A stretch of DNA of 64,000 nucleotides from Octopus vulgaris (taxonomy: Eukaryota). Position numbers and translations under genes: made by a program. The notes beneath the pieces were generated by a model, which ran no database searches, was not told where the DNA came from, and saw nothing but the letters and a program-made list of their open reading frames with translations. Within the stretch, counting starts at the first letter, position 1. Each line of letters begins with the position of its first letter. The stretch covers positions 40,052,001 to 40,116,000 of the forward strand of contig OX597818.1 of assembly GCA_951406725.2 (NCBI GenBank). The letters are read 5' to 3'. Of this stretch, positions 53,276 to 64,000 are shown piece after piece.

Positions 53276-53534
53276 TGTAGTAAAGATTGTTTGCCAACAT
53301 AACATGGCAGTCTTGGTTTAGGACTAATGTTGCTGTAAATTTAGCCCCAAGAGACATTGTCTTCAGCTGGTTATACTACATGATCTGTGTCCTTATATTT
53401 CCAAACAAGGGAATATAAGAACACAGATCGTGTCATATAGCCAGCTGGAGATGATCTCTCGTGGGGCTAAATTACAGCAACATTAGTCTTAAACCAGGAC
53501 GGCCATGTTATGTTGGCAAACAATCTTTACTACA
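53276..53534. mobile_element. Foldback MITE (~260-bp imperfect palindrome)
   Basis: tgtagtaaagattgtttgccaacataacatgg ... ccatgttatgttggcaaacaatctttactaca. Inserted in an older repeat; a half-related sequence lies at ~7085-7155. Confidence 0.85.
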
Positions 53535-55136
53535 AAGTACTGTTGCTGAATATCTTACATTGTGAGATTTAAAAATAGTAATTTTCTAGTGAAAGAATAC
53601 ATTAGGTATTTTCCATTCAGCTAAAAGAGACAAGAGGGTCGTAGCTATAATGCTTTTGATTATAAGGTCTGTTTGATCAGAGCTGACATGGGGATAAACG
53701 ACAATGATTCACTGCAGCCAGCAGTAACATTTAAAAATTACTGAGAAAGTTTTGTTCAAACGCAGTATTAGAGTTCAGTTTCTTATGTGAGCATAATCTG
53801 AGTAAGGGAGTAGGCTGCCTCAGATATGAAAGTTTTTAGGGTTGTTCCTCTGTATCAACATGATATAGGACTCTCTCATCACAGTCTTCATAGTGAGTTC
53901 TCTGAAGACTTGTTGAGGCAAGTGAAATGAAAATCAAATTCAATGACTGGCATCCATGCTAGCAGGGTGCAAAGAGTACCATATGAGTGTGATCGTTGAC
54001 AGAGCTAACCGGCTTCCATGCCAGTGGCACATAAAAGGTATCATTTGAGTCTGATCATTACCAGCGTCGCCTTACTGACTCTTGTGCCCTGTGCTAGTAG
54101 GGTGTTAAGCGCACCATCCGAGTGTGATCGTTGCCAGAGCGGCTAACTGGCTTCCATGCCAGTGGCACATAAAAGGGCACCATTCAAGCGTGATTGTTAC
54201 CAGTATCGCCTTACTGGCACCTGTGCCGGTGGCATGTGTAAAAAGATTTGAGCGAGGTTGTTGCCAGTACCGCCTGACTGGCCCCCGTGCCAGTGGCATG
54301 TAAAAGCACCCACTACACTCTCAGAGTGGTTGGCGTTAGGAAGGGCATCCAGCTGTAGAAACTATGCCAGATCAAGATTGGAGCCTGGTGCAGCCATCTG
54401 GTTCGCCAGCCCTCAGTCTAATCGTCCAACCCATGCTAGCATGGAAAGCGGACGTTAAACGATGATGGTGATGATGATGATACTTCAACTGGAATAACTC
54501 TGTGGAGGTTCAATTCACATGGATCTTAGTCTAGCAGTATGGGTGTTGCATATCTGTTGTTCCTGTTAGTAAAATCACACACAACAGTTTTGCAGTTAAT
54601 GTGCAGGTGTACTGACCTCATCTTACAAAATAACATGTTTCCAGTCAGTATATATTGAATTGTTAGAGCATTGTCCTGTTCCTGCTTTAATGTTTCTTCT
54701 GAAAACATATCGGACTGTTGGTTTATAGTTCAGAGGTTACTGTCAAATCATATTCTGGTTGTTGTTATTCTTGTTTATCGTCTTTCTAGGTTAGACATGA
54801 TTGAGCGGACCTATGATCCAAAGGTGTTCATTATCTAATGTAGTTCACTTGAATTACATTATCTAATGCGTCCTACCTTGTTTTCTTTTACAAATAGCAT
54901 GGTGTGATTCGAAGGAGATTTGGCTGATATTTCTAGCGGCTTGATTGACACTGTTGAGGTACCCATGACTCCTCATTCCTTTGGCATTCTGTATTACTAT
55001 GAAAATGTGTATGATTGTGTAAAGATACTAAGAGAAAATAAACTTGACAATGTTTTATGTTCAGTCTGGCAAGATCTGGCCTATTACGCCTACTATACAA
55101 TGTCATTCTAATGTAAACAAGCACATCATTGATATA

Positions 55137-55530
55137 CTCTCTTTTACTTGTTTCAGTCATTTGACTGCAGCCATGCTGGAGCACTGCCTTTAGTTGAGCA
55201 AATCGACCCCAGGACTTATTCTTTGTAAGCCTAGTACTTATTCTATCGGTCTCTTTTGCCGAACCACTAAGTTATGTGGACGTAAACACAACACCATCGG
55301 TTGTCAAGCGATGGTGGGGCGGGGGACAAACACAGACACACAAACATATACACATACATACATTTTCCGTTTACATACATACAGTTTCCGCCTACCAAAT
55401 CCACTCACAAGGCTTTAATTGGCCCGAGGCTATAGTAGAAGACACTTGCCCAAGGTGTCACGCAGTGCAACTGAATCCAGAACCATGTGGTTTGTAAGCA
55501 AGCTACTTACCACACAGCCTCTCCTGTGCC
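55137..55530 (-). mobile_element. SINE family A
   Basis: Reverse full-length copy. Confidence 0.85.
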
Positions 55531-55739
55531 TATATGAAACTATGAGATAATGTATGATTAATTCAAAACAATCATCATCATCATCATCATCATTTAGCGT
55601 CCATTTTACATGCTAGCATGGGTTGGACGGTTCAACTGGGGTCTGTGAAGCCGGAAGGCTTCATCAGGCCCAGTCAGATCTGGCAGTGTTTCTACGGCTG
55701 GATGCCCTTCCTAATGCCAACCACTCCGTGAGTGTAGTT

Positions 55740-56100
55740 GGTGCTTTTTACGTGTCACCCGCACAGGTGCCAGACAGAGCTGGCAAACGGCCACGAATGG
55801 ATGGTGCTTTTACGTGCCACCGGCACGGGGACCAGGTGAGGCTGGCAACGGACATGAGCTGATGGTGCTTTTACGTACCACCGGCACGGGGGCCAGACGA
55901 GGCTGGCAACAGACACAAGCGGATGGTGGTTTTACGTGCCACCGGCACGGGGGTCAGGCGAGGCTGGCAACGGACACGAGCGGATGGTGCTTTTACGTGC
56001 CACTGGCACGGGGGTCAGGCGAGGCTGGCAACGGACACGAGCTGATGGTGCTTTTACGTGCCACCGGCACGGGGACCAGGCGAGGCTGGCAACGGACACG
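55740..56100. repeat. GC-rich ~60-bp minisatellite inside a family C element
   Basis: About 6 tandem units of gatggtgcttttacgtgccaccggcacgggg..aggcgaggctggcaacggacacgagc. Confidence 0.9.
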
Positions 56101-56336
56101 AAAGCATCACATTTGACTGAGTGATGTGAATGTTAAATGGTTAAGAGATAAAATTAGCTACCACGATAGCAGAGTGTTCTTGAACCTAGATACATGAACT
56201 CATAGAGACATTCAAGGATAAATGCTGAGTACAGGAAGTTTGTAAAAACTGCTAGAACTTTTTAAGTAATCACAACCAGCTAAATGCAAACTGTGTCTAG
56301 GAAATGCGTGGAGAGCCTTTTGCTGTTTTGATACAC

Positions 56337-56565
56337 TTAACCCTTTTGTTACTGTATTTATTTTGAGATGCTCTGTGTTTCTTTCAATTACTTTAAATAT
56401 AATAAAGAATTTAGTAAAATAACTTAGTTATCATTCAGCTAGTGTTAGGAACATAAATTGTGACTTAGGTTTGGTGGAAGAATTTAATTCAAAACTTATG
56501 GAAGCAATACATTTGTACTACAGAGCCAGAGGCGGTTTCAGCCGGATTGGTAATAAAAGGTTTAA
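56337..56565. mobile_element. TTAA MITE family E
   Basis: Match to 720-948. Confidence 0.85.
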
Positions 56566-58610
56566 TGTGCACAGGGTTTTTGGCAATGTCTATAAGCAAA
56601 AACAAATTATATGCAAGACTGTCACCCGTTGAGAATGATGTGTGTATATGCCTTTGGGAAACTTTGCTTGGAACAGAATTACTTATTAGAAAGAGCCAAA
56701 CTCATCCATTTCATTAGTAACATTAAATTATGTGAAAATTAATTTCTTATACAGACATCATCATCATCATCATTGTTTAACGTCTGCTTTCCATGCTAAC
56801 ATGGGTTGGACGGACTGAGGACCAGATGGCTGCACCAGGCTGCAATCTTGATCTGGCAGAGTTTCTACACCTGAATGCCCTTTCTAACACCAACCACTCG
56901 GAGAGTGTAGTGAGTGCTTTTACATGCCACCGGCACGAAGACCAGTCAGACAGTACTGGCAATGGCCACGCTCAAATGGTGTCTTTTATGTGCCACCTGC
57001 ACAGGAGCCAGTCCAGTGGCACTGGCAATGACCTCACTCAAATGGCACAAGGCCAGAAATTTTGGTGGGGTAAATAGCTGGTTGTATCGACCTCAGAATT
57101 TGACTAGTACTAAATTTCATTGACTTCTGGAGAATGAAATATAAAGTTAACCATTACATGGCTTGAACTTTTCAAATTAAATTACATCAATAGCAAAAAA
57201 TACCTGTTTATTCTATAATATTCAACCATTGTAAATTATATTTTTCACATGGAGTACATCAGCCCTACCAAACATGATGAAGGGGTATGCTGGTGGAAAA
57301 AGTGAGAAACCCTTGTACTAGTAGTGTATTATAAAATGTTTTGTCCCAGCCAACTGCACCCTGAATTGAAATCCTGTTGAGGTTAACTCTGTCTTTCACC
57401 CTTTTCAAGTTAATAAAATACAACAACATTTAATTGTAATGGATTAGTGGAAATGTTAGGGCATCAGATGAAATGCCTTGAGTTATTTGTTCCAGCTCTT
57501 TGCCTTCTGAGTTCTCGGGTGACTTGGTCTGTGAACTGGTTTAAGCCTTTGGCATTCACATTAACCTGTCAACTGCAATGCGTATTTATTCACGTTGTTT
57601 TGAATTAATCACCTATTACCTTGTAGCTTTAAAATTTCAATTATATGATTGTATATTTTTAGAATGACATTTTAGGGTGGGTGTGATAGGTAGGATCTGG
57701 CCAGCTTGAACATAAAACAAGTAGGACATTTTGGCTGTATATGACTAGGTTAAATTCTAAAGGGTTAGATACCATCATCTTAGTCCTTAGGTGCCTTTAG
57801 TGGAACCCAGTGTGTTTTAAGCCTAAATGCTTGCAGTAGGACACCCAATTCCACCCTCTCCTACATTCTCCTTGACTCAATATATTCCCTTTTATTTCCA
57901 ATGGCTTCTCCATTCTCCAGAATTCTCTTAGATCTTATGAAAGCTGTTTACATTTTACGTTACTTAATAGATTGTGTGTTTTATTTTCCTTCTAATCTCT
58001 TCAGTTGTTTTGAGGAATGTTTAGCTTGACCTGTTATTTCGTTATTCTAAATAAGTGATGGCTAATCTAGTCCAAGTCTTACTACTAGATTCATTTGTAC
58101 TATCAGTAAAGATTGAGATTGCATCTGCTGTCACTAATGGGCAACTTCTTACACTAAGAATCCTACATTCAACATTCCTTAATGTTCTACAGATATTTAG
58201 AGTGAAAACAAGTTGAGCTTATAAGATACAAGATAAGCCTTTAGATAAAAAAGAAAGGAGGAGGGAGGAAAGAAAATCGACTTTCTATAGAAATTATGTT
58301 AATTTACTGTATATTTAGTGATTAATTAAAATATAGTTTATAACCTATGAATGCATTTCTCTTGTAGTTTATGTAAATAAATCTACTGCATACTTACTGT
58401 TGCACCACTTATAAAGGCTTAAATGATTGTAATTACCCCCATATTTATTTTAGTCTGGCACTTATGGTAACATTCATGTACATGTCTCTCTCTCTCTCAC
58501 ATACTCTTGTTTGTGCGTTGAGTGCACAAGACCTGAAGTCTCCTTTGTGTTCTCTTCTGCCAACCTGTTTTCTGGTATCAGGAGTGATCTGCTGAAATAC
58601 TTGGACTTGC

Positions 58611-58840
58611 TTAACCCTTTTGTTACTGTATTAATTTTGAGATGCTCTGTGTTTCTTTCAATTAATTCTAAATATAACGAAGAATTTTTATAAATAACTT
58701 AGTTATCATTCAGCTACTGTTAGGAACATAAATTGTGACTAAGGTTTGGTGAAAAATTTTCATTCAAAACTTATGAAAACATGACATATGTACTATAGAG
58801 CCAGAGGTGGTTTCAGCCGGGTTGGTAACAAAAGGGTTAA
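58611..58840. mobile_element. TTAA MITE family E
   Basis: Match to 720-948. Confidence 0.85.
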
Positions 58841-59346
58841 GAAGTTCCTACGTGTGACATTGTTTTCACTTGGTTCCAAAGAACCTGTTTTCTTGTTGAT
58901 AGATGGCAGGAATTGAATTGGGTTTTAACAGTCCCCTACATCCATCACTAACGATTAAACTTTATTTATCACCCTTGAAAGAAGACAGTTAAAATGGACC
59001 TATGTAGAATTTGAACTTGGAGAGCAGAGATTTGGAACAAATATCACAAAACATTCTATCCAATATTTAATGACTCTGGCTAATAAATATGAAAGGCTTT
59101 CACTCTCAGTCTTATCCCCGAGTTCTTTATCCTAAGAGTCGAGACAGAGCTTCTTTGATCTTGTTGCATCCTTTGAATGTATGGTAGGCTTCTGCACAGT
59201 TTCTGATTACCGTATTCCACTCAGGATCAAAGCCAGAAGCATATGGTTACCAAGTGAACACAACCGTACCTGCACTTGTCCTTTTTAATGAAAAGTAAAC
59301 ATTTTTCGATAGAGCATTGTTTGCTTTCAATAAAAAGAAAACTTAT

Positions 59347-60057
59347 TCATCATCATCATCATTGTTTAACGTCCGTTTTCCATGCTGGAATAGGTTGGAT
59401 GGTTCAATTGGGGTCTGGGAAGCCAGGAGGTTGCACCAGGCTCCAATCCAATCTGGCAGTGTTTCTGCAGCTGGATGCCCTTCCTAATGCCAACCACTCC
59501 GAGAGTGTAGTGAGTGCTTTTTAGGTGCCACCGGTACAGGGAACAGAGGGGGCTGGCATCAACCACATTTGGATGGCACTTTTACGTACCACCAGCACAG
59601 GAGCCAGTCAAGGTTGCGCTGGCATCAGCTACGTTTGGATGGTGCTTTTTACATGCCATTTGGGGTGAGGGGGCTGGCATCGACCATGTTTGGATGGTGC
59701 TTTTTACATGTCACCAGTACAGGGAGCCAGACAGGTGGGGCTGGCATCAGCCAAAACTACAATTTCCATTTGATTTGATTTGATTTTGATGTTGATGATG
59801 TACTTGACTCAATAGGTCTCCTCAAGCACCACATGTCCCTTACAATCCAAAGGTACTTTTTGAGTGGGCTGGTTATGCAACACTGGCGTAGGCTACAGCT
59901 GTGATCTCACTTTATTTGCCAGGTCTTCTCAGTCACAGCATATTTCCAGAGGTCTCCGTCTTTCGTCATTGCCGCTGTGAGGCCCAACGTTCAAAGGCAT
60001 GCTTTACCACCTCATACCATGTCTTCCTGGGTCTCCCTCTACCACGGGTTCCTTCCA
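59347..60057 (-). mobile_element. 5'-truncated RTE LINE: ORF C-terminus, 3'UTR and family C tail
   Basis: Minus translation GTRGRGRPRKTWYEVVKH...MTKDGDLWKYAVTEKTWQIK* continues into family C sequence ending in (GAT)n. Confidence 0.85.
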
Positions 60058-60686
60058 ATCTGTGGATATTTTTCATTTATAATCCAAGGAATTATTTCAT
60101 TCTGATTTGATGTTCTATTTTGATGTGATATTATTTTCCCAATTTCAATTTATCTCTCCTTTTCTCTGTGATCCTCTAATGAATTCTGCTCGGATTTTGT
60201 TTATATTCTCCAAGTAAGAGTTAGAATTTGGTTTCATTAAGAATATTTTTGTATCAACCATTTTAGTATAGTCATATCAACATTGGCTTTTTTATGTTCA
60301 ATGACTCGCTAACAAGTCTCTTTTTTTCTTCCCACATAATACGAAAACAAGGTCACTTGTTTCCTATCTGATGTTACTATCTTCTCTGTTTTATGCCAAA
60401 TGCAATGAATAACCCCATTTCTATAGAATAAAAACTACTTTTGAATGTACACCAAGTATCAGTGATAATGTCTTATTGTCTTTTATTCTTGTCATTCACC
60501 AGCAATATAAATTTTTTTCCCTTTTTGTTTTAGAAGCATAAATTTACTGTTCCTATAAACTTAAGTATGCTTTTGACAAATAGTAATTTTTGTCAAATAC
60601 TATTAAATTTTGATTGTTGTTTTTACAATTAGATAAATTAATTTAATTACAAGATTGCATCTCATATCTCTCACCAGTTTAATTCT

Positions 60687-61116
60687 TCTAATATAATAAA
60701 TGCGAATGTCTGTGTGTTAGTGTGACACACTTTTTCAACTTTACTCCTGCTTTCCATGCTAACATGGAAAATATTCCAGGCCAAATCCGGACCCACAATG
60801 CGATTGTTTCTGGCAATTTTTTTATGTGATTTTTGTGACAAATTTTTTTGTACAGTCACAATTTTTATAACTTTGGGAAATAATTGAAATTAATTGCGGA
60901 ATCCAGTGATTATTTTTGGCAATTTTTTTTTTTTACTTTTTTAATTTTTTTTTTTTACGTGATATTTTGCAATGAATATGACTCTGGAGGAAGCAATTGC
61001 AACAAATTCTCCAAAACAAGTCAGAAATCTGTTTGCAGATCTTCCCATTTGGGGTCAGTAGCTTAAAAGCTATATACTAGCTTAAAAACTGCCTGATAGG
61101 GCAACTTTTAGGCTAG
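60687..61116 (+). mobile_element. Probable non-autonomous Helitron
   Basis: 5' TCtaatataataaatgcgaatgtctgtgtg; ends in a palindromic segment with CTAG|T. Confidence 0.5.
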
Positions 61117-63331
61117 TACATATATAAATTGACCCTATCCAGCCCAAAATATTCTACATGTTTTGTGTTTAAACCAGACAGAACTGGCCTCTCACCTACC
61201 CTACAATGTTATTCTAAATATAAACAATTACGTCATTGAAATCTCAGAGCTACAAGATAATGCACGATTAATTCAAACCATGAATATATGAATATAATAT
61301 TTGACATTGTAATCTGAATGCTACGATCGGTTGGTGCCTTTTACGTGCCACCAGCACGGAAGCCAGTCAAGGCGGCGCTGACGTCAGCCACATTCGGATG
61401 GTAAGCCACATTATCAAAATCTCAAAGCTTAAGACATAATATTAATACAAAACAATGTGAATAATAGGGATTACATTTGAAAGAGTAATCTGAATACTAA
61501 AGAGTTAATGTCCCCTTTTTTATGCTTGCTTGGGTCAGACAGAATTCATCAGCGCAAATATTCTATGGGTGGCTGTTCTTCATGATACCAGCCAACTGTC
61601 TTCTAGTATAGTCTTAGGTCAACCAATTCCTTGTCAGGGAATTCGCCAGACAGAAACTGTAAGGAAGCCTCTCATATATGTAATATACACATGTATATGT
61701 ATCTTTGTATTGTTTTTGCATCTCTACCACTTGACAACCAGTGATGGTTTGTTTACATCCTGGTAACTTAGTGGGTTGACAAAATATGATGATAGAATTA
61801 ATTTCAGCCTTTAAAAATATGTACTGAAGTTGATCTGTTTCAAGGCAGTGCTCCAGTATGGCCACACTTCACTGACTTAAACAAATAAAAAATAAAAGAT
61901 ATACTAATTTTTCATGCCAACTTGTATAAAATATATTATATCTACTTAGTGAGATTCTCAATCATTACTTTGGTTCATATGGTGAAATCTAGGCTTCACT
62001 GACAATGTCTAAGATTGAATCATACTTAGAATGGCTTGCTGTATTATACTTACCAAAATGATTAGAATATTAGCCATTGATCATGTTGCATTTCTTCACT
62101 ACATAATTATTTCTAATTAGATGGCACTATCTATAAAGTTACACCCCCCCCCCCAAAACCGGATTATAAGAAAAAAGGCCTCTCTTAATAATAGTAATAA
62201 CAAGTCTTCAAATTTGTGAGGAGGAGACAAGTTGATTACATTGACCCCCGGTGTTTCACTGGTGCTTAATTTATTAACCCCAAAATGACGAAAGGCAAAG
62301 ATGACCTTGGTGGAATTTGAACTCAAAATGTAAAGATGAACGAAATGTCGCTAAGTATTTTGCTGGACATGCCAACGCTTCTGCCAACTTGTTGCCTCCT
62401 CCTCCTCCTCCTCATACTACTACTACTACTAATAATTATAAACCCTGAAGCGCTTCTCTCTCCTTAAAGGAAAACTTCCCCTCTCTTCTGTTTCTTAGTA
62501 AACTCTCTCTCTCTCTCCATTTCTTATTCTGAAAGTAACTGTAGGTGGCAGCACCAACAGTCACCAGTTAGATTTTCTAATTAGATTTTTTAATCTTTAC
62601 ATTGAATATATTAACATCAGTTAATTAACTTAACTCTTGTTTTTCATTGTATAGCATTATTAAGTATTAATCTCAGGATATAAACAATTCACTGTGTCAT
62701 GTAGCAAGTTTTATTGGTGATAGTCAAGTTTTTGCCGACATATCTACTGATGGCTTTTTGCACCCATCAATAGTCTCTGTCAAAATTTGAACTCAAAATT
62801 GCAAACTAACAGTAAGAAATTTTACTTCTAATTAGTATTTGTTTATGGCTAATTGGACAGGGCCATTAAAACTTAGTGTTGTCACTATAGAAATAAGACA
62901 TCAATGTCAAGCTATGAACTCTGACTCTTGGTCAATGAGCATATTTTTGAATTGGTTAGCTGTATCTGTTGTGAAAAGTGGACTAAGTTTGATGTTCCCC
63001 CTATCCCATTTTGTTATATGATTCAAAGAAATTTAATTTTCTGTCACCCAATCAGTGTAATATCATCATCATCATCATCGTTTAACATCCGCTTTCCATG
63101 CTAGCATGGGTTGGATGATTTGACTGAGGGCTGGCGAACCAGATGGCTGCACCAGGCTCCAGTCTTGATCTGGCATAGTTTCTACAGCTGGATGCCCTTC
63201 CTAATGCCAACCACTCTGAGAGTGTAGTGGGTGCGTTTACATGCCACTGGCATGTGGGCCAGTCAGGCGGTACTGGCAATGACCACGCTCAAATGGTACT
63301 TTTTATGTTGTGTTTCTCTGTAGAACACTCA

Positions 63332-63563
63332 AGGCGGCGAGGTGGCAGAAACGTTAGCACACCAGGCTAAATGCTTAGCGGTATTTTGTCTGCCGATACG
63401 TTCTGAGTTCAAATTCCGCTGAGGTCGACTTTGCCTTTCATCCTTTCAGGGTTGATAAATTAAGTACCAGTTACACACTGTGGTTGATATAATCGACTTA
63501 ATCCGTTTGTCTGTCCTTGTTTGTCCCCTCTGTGTGCAGCCCCTTGTGGGCAGCAAAGAAATA
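63332..63563 (+). mobile_element. SINE family B monomer
   Basis: Full unit with short flanking repeat agaacact. Confidence 0.85.
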
Positions 63564-63709
63564 AGAACACTTAATTTATATTCCTCAGTTCAGCTTGTAA
63601 TAGAGAATAGATTCCTAGTGTATTGGGAAAAGTTTCATATGGTAGACTTGTATCCTTATTCAGGAGACAATTGTTTTCCAGCTTCTTACCATATGAAATG
63701 AAATTGTGC

Positions 63710-64000
63710 CTAGGATGATTGTGTGGTTAAGAAGCTCACTTTGCAACCATATGGTTTCAGGTTCAGTCCTACTGGATGGCACCTTGGGCAAGTGTTTTCT
63801 TTCTGCTTTAGTCATGGTCTAACCAATACCTTTTGAATGAATTTTGTAGACAGAAACTGTGAGGAAGCCCATCACATATGTGCGTGTGTGTATGTGTGAG
63901 TACTGTGTTTGTGTTCCTCCACCACCACTTGAAAACCGGTGTTGGCTCGTTTATGTCCTTGCAACTTAGCAATTTAGTGACAGAGACCAATAGAACAAGT
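63710..64000 (+). mobile_element. Diverged SINE family A (runs off the window)
   Basis: Head and body match family A. Confidence 0.75.

Noticed and set aside
55740-56100. CRISPR-like regular repeat
   Set aside because: Pure tandem units with no unique spacers, inside a eukaryotic retro-repeat; no cas genes.
57780-58190. Possible LINE RNase H relic (IFTD...HWVP on the minus strand)
   Set aside because: Too degenerate to call without a profile search.

Overview
AT-rich, repeat-dense metazoan genomic DNA. The tRNA-headed SINE families, RTE-tail repeats and (TA)n/(CA)n tracts suggest an octopus or other cephalopod; this is an inference from repeat style, not a database result. The only convincing host coding sequence is a 1168-bp + strand exon (5498-6665). 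It encodes an N-terminal SAM domain plus a PxxxPR/DPF-rich linker, best matching an ARAP-family ArfGAP/RhoGAP. A probable alternative first coding exon (35897-35975, same phase-1 donor) lies in a TE-poor, CpG-richer island. The rest looks intronic and is filled with SINEs, RTE/CR1/L1-type LINE relics, mariner/Tc1/pogo relics, TTAA (piggyBac-type) MITEs, non-autonomous Helitrons and microsatellites. The most notable signal is a set of short elements, most of them in or next to (TA)n tracts, that carry type-I hammerhead-ribozyme folds, like Penelope pLTRs or retrozymes. One near-complete copy is sense to the ARAP pre-mRNA and sits inside a long inverted repeat. Several long foldback palindromes and a possible antisense spliced transcript are also present.
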